Source: Dimorphilus gyrociliatus (lineage: Eukaryota > Animalia > Annelida). Taken from it: a stretch of 64,000 nt of DNA. The DNA is taken from the NCBI GenBank assembly GCA_904063045.1, contig CAJFCJ010000045.1, positions 1 to 64,000 on the forward strand, written 5' to 3'. Of the stretch, positions 11,638-24,839 are shown one piece after another (the stretch's first letter is position 1; each line of letters begins with the position of its first letter). The notes under the pieces were generated by a model. The model searched no databases, was not told the DNA's origin, and saw only the letters and a list, made by a program, of their open reading frames with translations. A program made the translations under genes and the position numbers.

Positions 11638-14443
11638 ATGGTAATAATCCATGAGACAAGTCATTTCGAATGGAAAATAGAGGAGATGGAAAGAGAGAAC
11701 GTATGGATTAATGAATTATTGTTATATTTTCGCGACGAATTCAAACAAGAGCTAGATGACGAAGAGAAATATGAAAAATTCAGATCATACGCAATCAAAG
11801 AACAAATCATTGATATAGATGAATTTGATAAAGAAAATAATGAAAAGAACTTTAAATATATATTTGAAAATTATATTATTCAATCAAAAACTAAAGAAAT
11901 TGTATTGATTTTAAATTCAATTCATAGTCCACTTCAAACAAGAATTTGTAATTTAAGCAAAGATTTATTAGTTGAAAGACAAAAAGAGGTGAAAAGATTG
12001 TTTGAAAACCGTACAACAACCAGTGGTTTTCAATTTTCTTTTCAAGCTAAACGTAATTTCAACTTGAATATTCAAAATGATTACCTATTGGATGAAAATG
12101 ATTTTATTCATCGGGGATTATTCGAAAAGAATAAAATACTATTTAGAGGAGATGCAGGTATAGGAAAAACTTATCATGCAATGAAAATTCTATATAAATG
12201 GGCTTATGACAAAACGTTTCTTCAAGATTACATTCTACTTTACGTCAATCTTGCCAATGTAAAAGATAATTGCCAATATAGCGATATAATCTACGATCAA
12301 AACTTTAGCAAAGAATCTTGGGTAAAGAAATGTCTTATCAATTTTTATCTATCGGATAAATGCGATGAAAATCCAAAACGAATAATTCTACTTTTAGATG
12401 ATACCGATAAATTTTCAATTGAAAATTCCAAATTTTCTCATCTTTTTCAAAATATTAATGAAAATAACATGAAAATTATTATTTGGTCGAGAAAATGGAA
12501 ATTCATTTCTCACCTTCAAACATTTGACCTAATTTTTGATATTCAAAAAATTAATAATAATCAACTATTTCATTATTTCAATCAAGAAACAAATTCAATA
12601 GAATTATGGAATTTTCTACAAAATGATACAGATTTATTGGAAATATGTAAAAATCCATTCTTTTTGCAGTTGATGAATAAAATCTGGAATAATAATGAAA
12701 TTATCAATAAAAAGTTATCATTCTATAGCGAAGCAGTTGAAGAATTGTTTAAAAAACAGAATTTACTAATAGACAGTTCAATTAAGGAAAATTATATAAG
12801 AGATTGTTCAATAATGGCTTTAAACTCTTTAATCTCGGATAATCCCATTCCAATTAACAATATTATAGAAGAATCTATGTATTTGTGGGGATTATTAACA
12901 ATTTTAAAAGATCCAATAAAGATGAAAGATAAGAATCAAGTAGATTTTCTACACGTTTCATTTAAAGAATATCTCATTGCGCAATATATTATTGATATTT
13001 TTCAGCAGAAAAATGAAGTTGAATTATTGAAAAAATCTCTGCAAAACTATAAAAATTGTTTTCTATTAAAAAATACTTTTCAATTTATTAAAGAAATGAA
13101 TATTCATGTATTTCTCCAATTGGAAAAGTCTTTTTCGAATATTTCATTAGTAATGGAAATTGATGAGAGAATTTTCAACATTATCAGAGAGAAATCTACG
13201 AATGTTGTTGCCTTAAAGAATGTTAAAATAATACCAACAATATGGCCGATTGTTGTGAATATTTGTAAAAATATTTCAATTATAGATTTTACTGATGTTG
13301 AAATAGACTTTTCAGATTTTATTCAATCCGGATTAAATATTAAAGATACTCTTAAAGTATTGAAGGTTAATGGATGTTTTAATGGAGAAAATGATGGAAA
13401 TATTCTGGAAACTTTAATTAATACATTTGAACAATTAGAAATATTGATTTTGATTAATATTCAACTCGAAACGACAGATTTGAATGATGTGAATATTAAA
13501 TTGGAAAAATTAATGGAATTAACAATACAAGATTGTCAAATTAATGAAATTGAAAATGAAGAATTTCTATTATGTCCAAATTTAATTTCTATAAATATTA
13601 TAAATAATCCAATTACACGTAAGTCTTCAATTCAATTTTTTGCGTGTTTTGAACGCTATCAAACTTCTTATCTTCATTTATTTTTCAGTTGAAACTTTAA
13701 AGATTCTCTTGGAAATTCTAGAAATGAGTTACAATTTAGAAAGATTGAACGTATCCAATTGTAATCTTTCAATCTATTCAGATTGTAATTTTGAAAAATT
13801 CATTAAATGCCATAAACAACTTACCGAAATTGATTTGTCAGGGAATTTCTTTTGTAAACAATACGAAATAGACATTTTAGAAGAGTTCAACAATTCGAGA
13901 GAAAGTCAACTTAAAAGCTTTAAAATGAATAATTGTAAAGTTATCTTTCAATCTCAATTATTAATTGAATTCCTTCGATGCAATAGAAATATTGAAATTC
14001 TCGAATTATATGGAAATACAATTGTTGAAAATTGCAATTTTCATCTAATTCAACAACTTTTTTTAGACGAAAATATAAAAGTGTTGAAATTACCTAAAAT
14101 TCAACTTGAAAATTATAATACATTTTTATCAGACAAGGATAAAGAACTTTTGGAAAAGTTTGATAGAAAAATCAATTTAACAACATTAGGTTTTGAAAGG
14201 GAATGCGATAATAATGAATTAATGATTTTTGCCCTTAAAATGCTTATAATTTCTTCTGCAAACTTGCGAGAAATCTGTACAGAAGAGGAAATATTTAATG
14301 GAGAAAGGTTAACACCATTCGTTCAGTCTATACTATCCTATCAACTACCTATGAAGGAGGGTAAAGATTCATTCTCCGAGGAAAATCTTCCCAGTCAACA
14401 TCGTCAAGTATCTGAAGATCCGAAAGACTTGTACGGTTTTTAA
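11638..14443 (+). CDS. NLR-like NACHT-LRR protein 1, join(11638..13618,13689..14443)
   Basis: Walker A ILFRGDAGIGKT, Walker B-like IILLLDDTDK, CKNPFFL, winged-helix FLHVSFKEYLIAQY, C-terminal LRRs. A phase-1 GTAAGT...TTTTCAG intron (13619-13688) joins the two ORFs in frame. The N-terminal ~100 aa is helical and possibly death-fold. Confidence 0.88.
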
Positions 14444-14600
14444 TAGAACTATACTGTTCATATTAAATAAAGCTATTATACAAAACGAAAGTAGAAAGTA
14501 GAGCTCTTTTCTTTCTTTCGTCTTTTTTTGTCATACTGATTTATTTTCGTATAAGAAAGAATCAATAAATATTTTTTTCTTCTATCGTCCATTTTTCACT

Positions 14601-17405
14601 ATGGCTAATGTTATTAATAATGAGAAAGTAAGCGTTTTTTGCAATTATTGCCTAAAGAAGTTTGTTTTTCAAGTTGAATGCAAACAACACGTATATTGCT
14701 GCGAGTGTCTTAGTGAATCGAATGATTCGCAGCTGGAATTAATGTGCTCTCTTTGCCGACTACAACGTTCTCTTAACGATAAAGTAATTGGCAATATAAA
14801 GGTTGATCTATCCAATTCTTCTACAAATAAACTGGTAAATAATAGAGCTATATGTAAAAATCATGAAAATGGATTGATATATTGCTGTGAAAGTTGCTAT
14901 ATGGAAAATACTGATCAATCAACTCCTCATAGGGAAACTACTGCAATAGATGATGTTTCTATTGAAATAAATAAAAGGAAAAAGAATAGAGAATTGATTG
15001 AAAATCAATTAAGAATTGAAAGTGAATCTTTAAAGATCACTTTAGCAGAAATTGAAATGTCGAAAAGAGAATTATTAAGGACATTTCAAAAGAAATTTGA
15101 AGATATAAAAATTAATGCAAGAATGATCTTTGCTCAAAGGAACACCGATTTAAATTTACTTTTAATTGATAAAAAGTTTTGTAGAGATGAAACTGAATTG
15201 AAAAATCATCTTTCCAAGCATTTCAATAGCAGACCAAAATTTAATATTCTTAGCGATTTCAACATAAATTACCTGTTGGAAAATGAAAGAGATACCATTT
15301 TTTTGAAGCAAGATGGCGACACTGGCGGTATTTTATCTCCTAGTTTAAATGTAATTGATAATAAAACGGTTAAACTCAATGATAAAAGATGCAATACATT
15401 AAGACTTATAGACTTGAGCTACAATTTATCAATGGGCAATATAGTAGCGAATTTCTCCAATGGTATTCTAAAATCATCAAGAACTTTAAGAGAGATAAAT
15501 CTTGAAAGATGCTGCTTAACTGAAAGTCAAGTTATGTATATTGGAAAGATACTTGAAAATCATTTACTATTTGAAAAATCTAAATTACTTCAATACGAAA
15601 ATGAAAGAGAACATTCTTATATATATTCTTTTGAAGATATTAAAGAAATACAATTTTCCTGTTGTTATTTAACAAATGATCACGTTGAAAAGATTGGCAA
15701 TATCGTTATAATTTGCGAAAATATTCAGAAAGTTGACTTATCTAAAAATGAGAAAATGGGTAATGGATTATCGTCCATTTTACAAGCACTTTTAAAATCG
15801 TCCAAATCTTTAAAGCAAATAAATCTATCCATGTGTAGCATGGCCAAAAGTCAGGGAAGAGATCTTGGAAATTTGTTGGAGAAATGTTCAAATATTGAAA
15901 ATATTGATTTGTCATGGAATACCAGTTTGGCGGAGGAATGGATAGCCATTTTTAAAGGATTAAGAGCATCTTCTAGTACTTTGAAAGAGGTGAATCTATC
16001 TTCGTGTTCATTGGACGAAAAATACGGTAAATTTATTGGAGAAGTGTTGAACGATTGTAATAATATAGAAGAAATTAATTTATCTTGGAATAAAGAAATG
16101 AAAAGTCAATTATCATTTATTCTTAATTGTCTTTCGAAATCTTCCAATACTTTAAAAGTAGTTGATATCTCTTGGAATTATCTTCTTGAAGAGCATGGAA
16201 ACTCGATAGGAGAGATATTTCAACAATATTCCAACATTCAAGTAATAAATTTATCCGGAAATAAACAGTTGGAAAATGGTTGGTCAGCCATTTGTAATGG
16301 ATTATTAAAAAGTGTAAATTGTTTAAGAGATATTGACATTTCTAGTTGCGAATTGGGTGAAAATTGTGGACGATCTATTGGAAATCTGTTGGAAAATTGC
16401 TCAAATGTAGAAATATTCAATATATCTTGGAATAAACACTTGGATAACGATTTATTAGCTATATGTAAAGGTCTGGTTAACTCTGCCAACACTTTAACCG
16501 ACATTGATTTTCAATACTGCTATTTAACTGAAAGTCAAGGAAATATTATTGGAAATATGCTCAACAGTTGTACTAATCTAAATACAGTTGATTTTTCCAG
16601 TAATATACATGTGGGTAGAGGATTATCAAGAATTTGCGATGGATTACTTCAATCATCGAATACTTTAACAAGTATTTCCCTTAACATGTGTAATATTAAA
16701 GAAGATGTGGCGTATTCTATTGCAAATTTACTTCAGAAATGTTCGAAAATTGAGATTTTAGCTTTATCTCGTAATTATAAAATGGGTAATGGCTTTTTAA
16801 GCATTTGCGATAGTCTTCTTAAATCTACTGAATCTTTGAAGGAAATTCATTTTAGTTGGTGTTTTTTAACTGAAAAACAAGCAAATACACTTGGAAAAAC
16901 TTTAGAATATTTTCAAAATATATCCAAAGTCAACCTTTCCGGAAATAAGAAACTATTAGATGAGTTACAAACAATATTTAATGGTTTGAGCAAATGTTAT
17001 GAAACTCTACAGGAGATTAATTTATCAAAATGCAACTTGGATGAACAGCAATGCGTGTATTTGGGTGATATGATTGCAAAATGTTCGAATATACATAAAA
17101 TGAATTTATCCGAAAATATGTCAATGGGAAATGGATTGTCGAACATTTGTAAATCATTTTCTAAATCCTCGCAAACATTCAAAGAAATTCTATTATCGTC
17201 TTGCAAACTAACAGAAGACGACGGTAAAAGTGTTGGCCAATTGATAACGACTTGTCCAAAATTGGAAAAAATAGATTTATCTAATAATCCCGCAATGGGA
17301 GAAGGATTATCTACAATTTGTAAAGATTATATAAAGTCAACTACGACTTTGTCGGATGGTAATGAAAATAGAAATGCCAATTTAACATATCTAACGTGGC
17401 AATGA
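14601..17405 (+). CDS. RING-like / B-box / coiled-coil (TRIM-like) protein with ribonuclease-inhibitor-type LRR array, single exon, 934 aa
   Basis: CNYC...CKQHVYCCEC...CSLC (RING-like), CKNH...CCESC (B-box-like), heptad-rich segment, then about 11 units of a 57-aa two-LRR repeat (S-x-x-L-K-x-I-N-L-S-x-C...C-x-N-I-x-x-I-D-L-S-x-N). Confidence 0.85.
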   Translation: MANVINNEKVSVFCNYCLKKFVFQVECKQHVYCCECLSESNDSQLELMCSLCRLQRSLNDKVIGNIKVDLSNSSTNKLVNNRAICKNHENGLIYCCESCYMENTDQSTPHRETTAIDDVSIEINKRKKNRELIENQLRIESESLKITLAEIEMSKRELLRTFQKKFEDIKINARMIFAQRNTDLNLLLIDKKFCRDETELKNHLSKHFNSRPKFNILSDFNINYLLENERDTIFLKQDGDTGGILSPSLNVIDNKTVKLNDKRCNTLRLIDLSYNLSMGNIVANFSNGILKSSRTLREINLERCCLTESQVMYIGKILENHLLFEKSKLLQYENEREHSYIYSFEDIKEIQFSCCYLTNDHVEKIGNIVIICENIQKVDLSKNEKMGNGLSSILQALLKSSKSLKQINLSMCSMAKSQGRDLGNLLEKCSNIENIDLSWNTSLAEEWIAIFKGLRASSSTLKEVNLSSCSLDEKYGKFIGEVLNDCNNIEEINLSWNKEMKSQLSFILNCLSKSSNTLKVVDISWNYLLEEHGNSIGEIFQQYSNIQVINLSGNKQLENGWSAICNGLLKSVNCLRDIDISSCELGENCGRSIGNLLENCSNVEIFNISWNKHLDNDLLAICKGLVNSANTLTDIDFQYCYLTESQGNIIGNMLNSCTNLNTVDFSSNIHVGRGLSRICDGLLQSSNTLTSISLNMCNIKEDVAYSIANLLQKCSKIEILALSRNYKMGNGFLSICDSLLKSTESLKEIHFSWCFLTEKQANTLGKTLEYFQNISKVNLSGNKKLLDELQTIFNGLSKCYETLQEINLSKCNLDEQQCVYLGDMIAKCSNIHKMNLSENMSMGNGLSNICKSFSKSSQTFKEILLSSCKLTEDDGKSVGQLITTCPKLEKIDLSNNPAMGEGLSTICKDYIKSTTTLSDGNENRNANLTYLTWQ

Positions 17406-17469
17406 AATAACAAAACTCTATTTAACTTCACAATCAATAGCAACGTTCCTTAAAAAGTATCTTTCCCTT

Positions 17470-17580
17470 TACCTGTAACTCCTATTGTTGATGAACAGCA
17501 TTTAGTGCAGAATCACATAGATTAATTAACCAATATCATGAAAATGTTAATAGAATATGGAGTATCTGTTGATTGAGCAA
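17470..17580 (-). pseudogene. Degenerate relic of the TRPM S1-S2 exon
   Basis: 17557-17576 is identical over 20 nt to 5083-5102 (acceptor plus start of TRPM exon 3). It translates ILHILLTFS*YWLINL versus ILHLLCLFTFSFYYLIDL and ends at CAG|GTAAAG. Confidence 0.55.
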
Positions 17581-18212
17581 TAAAATAATTTACAACTGTA
17601 ACACTCTGCCATTATTTTCTTTCTAACGCGTCAGCTCTAACCATCGGTGCCTTTCCTGCATGTGCAGGTGTTGTTGTTGTTGTTGTTGTGGAGAATTATT
17701 AGTTGTGATGTCCGGATTAAGTATCAATTGTCTCTTATGAGCTCCTTTGCATACATTGTTTGGCACCTGTTGCATTGCCCTTATGAGGAGTACACTTAGT
17801 CATTTCATTCATTTGCTGGCGTAATCTCTTCAGACTGTTCTTCCTAATAATTCCTAAATCATAGCTAATGTTGAACTTTTCTATCACCTAATAAAGGCCT
17901 AGACAAACCCCAGGTATGGGTTAGGCCTACAATTTGAATTGAAGAATTGTGTAATCTCAAATTTTCCATTGAAATTGGCTTTAAATACATTCATACAATT
18001 CTCTGTAGGAGGGAGTTTTATTTTAATATCTTCAGCCACTTATGTTCAGTATTATAGATTGTATCTCAATATTTACCAGTTTTCTTCGATCTTTTAACGC
18101 CCTTCAACACTTTGCCATTCTATGACAGGCAGCTATTGGTTATAGCTACGACGAAAACATTGCCATTTTTTTGGATATAAGCGCTTGTTATTAGTTATTA
18201 CAGTACTTATAA

Positions 18213-18222
18213 ACCGGAAGTG
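18213..18222 (+). promoter_or_regulatory. ETS-type motif ACCGGAAGTG immediately upstream of the NLR-2 start codon
   Basis: Exact ETS consensus 7 nt before ATG 18229; function not shown. Confidence 0.35.
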
Positions 18223-18228
18223 TCAAAA

Positions 18229-21200
18229 ATGGATGGAATATTTTTAAGATATCATTATGATAAGATGGAAAGCGTGTTGGGAGAAGATTTAAAATTTCAA
18301 CTACATTTAAAGAAGTGTGGTATCGTTCCAAGTGATATTCCTTCCCCTTCGAAGGATTTTCAAACGTTGTTCAATGAATATATAGTTAAGAGCCAAATTT
18401 CAACAATAGTTGATATTTTATACGAAATGAATAAATCGAAATACGAAACATTGGCGAACGATATGACAAATACTTGGAATTCTTTAATAGACGACTGCAA
18501 AAAACAGGTACGAAATAAATTGGCTAAAATTCAAAAGTTTGCCTTTTTTAAAGCGAATTCAGCTTATGTTAAATTTGAAGAGATATCAACGTCAATTCAA
18601 TTGGCATCCTATAATTTGTCATTGGGCGATAGCAATGATCTATTCTACGATGAACGTGAATTTCTGGAAACTATAAACAAAGGGTGTAGTGAGAGGATAT
18701 TGATTTGCGGAGATGCTGGTATTGGTAAAACTTTTCACTCTTTAAAACTATTATACTTGTGGGCTTGTAAAAATGAATTATTACAAGATTATCTAGTACT
18801 TTACGTTAATCTTGGAGATATACAAAGTAACGATAGTTTTGAATCAGTTCTATTCAATACAAACTTTTCAAAAGATTCACCAATAACTAAACAACTACTC
18901 GCCTACTATTTATCGGAACAATGCAAGGATAAAAAGAGAAGAATACTATTACTGTTAGATGGCGCTGATGAGTTAAAATTTAAAAATTCCTATTTTAATT
19001 CTATAATAAATGGAGATAAGAGATTAAAAGTTGACTTTTCAGTTATTGTTTGGTCTAGAAAATGGAGAATAAAGTCGATTATGCATACTTTTGATTCTTG
19101 TTTTGAAATTAAAGGTTTTAGCACAGTTCAATTACTTGAATTTTTTCAAAATTATTTCAACGAAACAAACATTGACAATACATCAAAAGCTACTTCGAAA
19201 CAGACAGAGGAAAATGATGATTCAGCAAGAACAACTAATTATAAAAGTAATAGAAAATCTAAAATTTTATGGAACTTTTTAAATGTTGAAAAGAAACATA
19301 TTATTGAATTGTGTAAAAATCCACTTTTTGCCTGTTTAACGGCAGGTATTTGGGATGAGAAACAAAATAAAATTCATAATAATGAATCATCGATCTATAA
19401 AGAAGCGGTTGAGGTACTCTTTTCCATTAAAGGCTTATCAATAAACCATCCTAATTACAAGAAATTCTACGACCAATGTTCAAAATTGGCATTTGAAAAT
19501 TTACTTTTTAACACACCAATCGTAATAAATGATATTCAACTGGATTCTGAATTATTTGCTGGTATAATAATTCCATTAGACGAAAGACAGGAGAATAAAG
19601 AAGAAATCAACAAGTATAAATTCATTCATTTCCTATTTCAAGAGTATTTTACAGCTCAATATATTATTGAACAATTCAATAACGAAATGAATGATAACAA
19701 CGATTATTCAAACAATTCAATTTCAATGATTATAAGAGATTTTAAAAATCTATTCCTATTAAAGAACGTTTTGATTTTTATTAGGGAAATTAATGATAGA
19801 ATCTTTTCGGAAATTGCTAAAATTAGAGATGATACATTCCTTGTTCTAGAATCGGAAGAAATTTATAAACTTATCCGATGTAGGCCTAATGTAATTAATT
19901 TAAAAAATATTTCACTTTCAACAGTTACGTGGAAAACAATTATATATATTTATAATGCAAATATAACGGATATCAATTTTAAATATGTAAAATTTCAATT
20001 TCAACAATTGTTGAATTTATGTTCAGAACATTTGAAAAATTCACTTAAAGTATTAAAAATTCAATACGTCGCTGATGAAGAAGAAGAAGATCTTTGCACT
20101 ATTGAAAATACTATTGAAAATTTATTAAAACTAGAGATTTTACATTTAAAAGATGTACCTTTTAAAAAGTCAATTAATTCACCTATAGAATTGGTTAGCG
20201 TTTTATTAATTGATTTTCAAATGAATAATTGTAATATTCGATGTTTTGGTAATGACAAAATCAACTTTACATGCCCTAATATTAAAAGAATTGATCTAAC
20301 AAGAAATGATTTTAATGGTAAGTTCAATTAGCCCTATACGCCGTTTAATATAATATTTCGCCTCTTTTTTTTTCTTTTAACTAGAATCAACTTTAAAGAT
20401 ATTATTTGAAATGTTAGAATTTAGTTCAGATATTGAAAGTATTAATATTTCATATTGTGGATTAGAATTAAATGATTTTTCCATATTTCAACATTTTCTT
20501 TTATTTCATCAAAATCTTTCAACAATTGATATTTCAGGAACAAACTTTTTAAATCAATCTGGTTGCCAATTTCTAAATATTCTTACTAAGAGTAATTTAA
20601 AAATTACTTCATTAAAATTGAACGATTGTAATCTTACCTTTCAAGTTGAACGTCTAGTTGAATCGCTTCAAACCGAATTAATTCATATTGAAACATTAGA
20701 ATTAAAAGGTAATAAAGTTAACGAAAATCGACAAATGAACTTTTTAAAACAACTTTTAGTGATGAAATGTTTAAAAAATTTAAAATTACCTTTTCTTGTA
20801 TTTTCTTTTCAAGATTTCTCTTTTCCTACAAACATTTTTCAACAGTTTGAAGTAAAATTAAATTTAAAATCATTGGATTTTGGAAGAAATTCCCTACAAA
20901 ATCAATTAGTGGAATTATTCTCCAAATTGTTGAAATTTTCAACAAATTTGCAACAGTTGAATATGGATTGTTGCTTCTCGGAGAATGGTGAATTAAATAG
21001 CATTTTAAATGGACTTTTTCTAAATGAAATACCGGAAGAGAAATATTCAGATTTATCATTTTCTATCGATGACGATTCAGAGATTACTGAAACGTATCAA
21101 GAAAGAAATTTGAATGAATTTAAATTGAGTTGTTGCAACTGTAAAGCGAATTCTGAAAGTTTAGAGATTATCTTTAAGAAAAGGCTATTGTTATCAGTCA

Positions 21201-24200
21201 ATCTTTCCGGCAATGTATTACCGTCTATTGAAGAGACTTTAACTTCTTTGGCAAAGACGACTTTTACTCTACAATACATAAAGATACTTTTATTAAGAGA
21301 TTGCGGTTTAAATGAATTTTTCCTCAATACTTTAACGGAACAATTAAAAAATCTTCTTTCTCTGCAAAGATTAGATATTTCTAGAAATCAATTTTCAAGA
21401 ATTTCAACAAGAAAGTTCCTAATGGAATTGGCTAAAAATAAACAAAAGAATCTTACACATCTCTACATGTACGAATGTAATCTACCTTTAAACTATCTTG
21501 TTATACTTTCCCTATTAATTACGAAAATTAAAACTCTACACGAATTCAATTCACCTATTTCGATTATTCGTAAAACGACAATTGAAAAAGACAATTTGGA
21601 AAATGAATTAAATTCAAAATCATTCAATTTATCAACTGCAAAGCAAATTGCCGAAGATTTTGATAATATTTTAAATGATAGATTCTTCGATTCGTGCTTC
21701 AATGGGAATCTTCCTTTAGGCGTTATAATTGAAATATTAATTAGCGCAAATTATCGCCTACGTCATATTTCTATTGTTAATATCCTCTTGGAAAATGATA
21801 AGAAATACATAGAAAAATTGCTGACTGAAAAAACTGTAATTAAAACACTTAACGTAAGAGAACAGAAGTTTGAAGATGATGAGAAATTTCTTGAAAATAT
21901 CCTCAATTTTATAGATAAGAATAGCTCTTATTTAGAATATATTGAATTTGGAATGTGTACACTTAGCAAAGGAATTGATTGTAATTCAATGTCATTGATC
22001 GGAATGCAAAACAAATTGTCATTACTTCATTTCTTCGATATTAATCTAAATGATACAATTGCTAGTAAAATATGTGAAAATTTAAGTAAATATTGCAGTA
22101 AAATTACTAAATTAACATTTAGTCGTTGCGGTTTAACTAGTAATATTGGAACTATACTAGGAGAAGCTATTGGAAAACAAACTAAACTGGTAGTACTTAA
22201 CCTGCAAAATAATCAACTTGGAAATAAAGTTGGAAAATGTATCTTTGATAATATTAAAGAAAATTGTCGTAATCTTACAGTTATGGGATTTGGTAATTGT
22301 TCATTTACTCATGAAATTGGCGATTGTATTGCGAAATGTTTAGAAAATTTGGAAAATCTTCAAGACATTCAATTTTGGGATAATAATTTACAAACATCAA
22401 TTGGAAGGGATATCTTTCAAGCAATTCTCAATGGAAATTGTCGAAATATAACTAAAATTGGTTTTAGTAATTGCGGTTTTACAGAAGAAATTGGAAATGT
22501 TGTTGGTCAAGTAATTGGACGGCAAAAAAATTTGTCATTTTTAAATTTTCACAAGAATCCAATTGGAAATGAAATTGGTGAAAATATCTTTGAAAATATT
22601 TATGAAAATTGTAAATATATTGAAGAAATGTATTTTGGTACTTGTAATTTTACATCAGATATTGGAGATTGTTTATCTAAAGCGATTGGTAGGCAAAGAT
22701 TGTTAAAATCTATGAATTTTCAAAATAATCCACTTGGTAATGATATTGGAAAGAATATATTTGATTGTTTGAATAGAAATTGTCATAGATTAACAGTTTT
22801 GGGTTTTGGTAATTGTAATTTTTCCAATGGTATTGGAAACGTTTTAGGTGACGCTGTTGGTAAACAGAATAATCTTACTGAAATTCAATTTTGGGATAAT
22901 AATTTAGGTGATGAAACCGGAAGGAATCTATTTGAAAATATCAAATTAAATTGTCGTAATATTAAGGTAATGGGTTTCGATAGTTGCGGCTTTACGTCGG
23001 CAATAGGAGATTGTCTTTGCGATGCAATTGGAATGCAAAAATCTCTTATAGAAATTCATTTATCGAATAATAGTTTGGGAAATAAGGTTGGCGATAATAT
23101 CTTTAGAAATATTATTAATAATAAATGTACTCGTCTGCAAATTGTGAATCTTATTAATTGCGGTTTTGACGATAAAATAAATGGAAATATGCTCGGTAGG
23201 GCAATTGGAAAACAACGAAATCTTTGTGAACTAGGATTATGTTTCAATCCTTTAGGAAGTACTATTGGAAAAAGTCTATTTAAAAGTATTAGTGAAAATT
23301 GTCATAATTTAACATTCATTGGATTAAATGGCTGTAATTTTAATGAAGAAATTGGTAGTCTTTTACCTTGCGCAATCGGTAAACAAAAACAATTGAAAAC
23401 CATTTCATTAAGTTTAAACGACTTTAAAGATGAAATTGGAAGGAAAATATTTGAAAATATTGAACGAAATTGCCGTAATCTTACTACAGTTGCCTTTGCA
23501 AAATGTGGTTTTACTAGTCAAATCGGTAGTATCGTTGGAAAGGCGATTGGAAGACAAAAATATCTGGAAAATTTACTTTTACGTTCCGATGAAATTGGAG
23601 ACGATGTTGCCAGAGAAATATTTGTTAATATTAGAGATAATTGTACAAATATTACTACATTAATAATGAAGGACATTGGTGTTACGAATAGGATAGAAAC
23701 AGCTATTGGCGAAGCGATTTCTAAACAAACGAATCTATTGAATATTGATCTTTCCAGCAATCCGTTAACTAGTACTGTTGGAAGGAATATCTTTGAAAGT
23801 ATCTATAAAAATTGCCATTTAATTTATAGAATGCACTTTGACGATTGTTGCTTTAACCACGAAATTGGAGATATTGTTGGTAAGATGATTGGAAAACTTG
23901 AAAATCTAAGTACACTGTGGTTAGAGCATAATAGTTTAGGTGGAGATGTTGGAAGAGTTATGTTTGAAAATATGAAATTATCGTGCAAAAAACTCGTCGA
24001 AATCTATCTAAGTGATTGTCATTTAACGTCTAAAGTTGGAAATTTACTTGGCGAATCGTTCGGTAGACAAAAATACCTTTCAATTATATTAATTAAAGGT
24101 AATTGTTTAGGAAATGAAGTTGGCAGAGTTCTTTTTCAAAATCTAAGAGATAATTGTTGTCATATTAAGAAAATGGGTTTGGGTAAATGTAATTTTACTG

Positions 24201-24676
24201 ATGAAATTGGTCAAGTTCTACCACAAGCTATTGGAAAGCAAAAATACCTTCAAGTACTATCGCTTGAACACAATCAACTTGGAGATGAAATGGGGAAAAG
24301 TATACTTAAGGAAATTGAAGAAAATTGTGAAAATATCACTGAAATTTACTTTTCCCATTGTAATTTTACATCGGAAATTGGGTTTATTATTGGTAAGATA
24401 ATTGAAAAATGTAAACATCTATCCGTTCTGTCATTCCGAGGTAATCAACTACGTAATGAAATTGGAAGAGATATCTTTCAAAATATATACAAACATTGCC
24501 GCTATTTAAAATTGATTAATTTTGAATATTGCGGTTTTACAGTAGAAATTGGAGATATTATTAATAAAGCAGTAATGGTGCAGCCAAATTTAAAAATTCT
24601 CAAATTACACGATCCCTTCTACGGAGAATCGCATGAAGAATTTATTAAAAATGTATTAAAACCAATTTCAATATAA
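18229..24676 (+). CDS. NLR-like protein 2: death-fold-like N-terminus, NACHT, very long LRR; join(18229..20317,20385..24676), about 2126 aa
   Basis: Walker A RILICGDAGIGKT, Walker B ILLLLDGADE, CKNPLFA, FIHFLFQEYFTAQY. A phase-1 intron at 20318-20384 sits at the same position as in NLR-1. The C-terminus has about 15 units of a 57-58 aa two-LRR repeat. Confidence 0.9.
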
Positions 24677-24839
24677 CGCTTTAAAAGATTTCAAATCGAA
24701 TTTTTTAGGCCTAACGTAACCATTCAATATTATCTGTATACAGTATGTGGTTTTTATAGGTTTTTATCTTGGTTATACAAATGTCCAGGTCAGTCGAGGG
24801 AAAAACAATGTAGAATGATCTCACGAGATTGAACACTTT

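Noticed and set aside
17893-17930. Small hairpin AGGCCT...AACCC/GGGTT...AGGCCT
   Set aside because: Too short and isolated to call a MITE or structured RNA.
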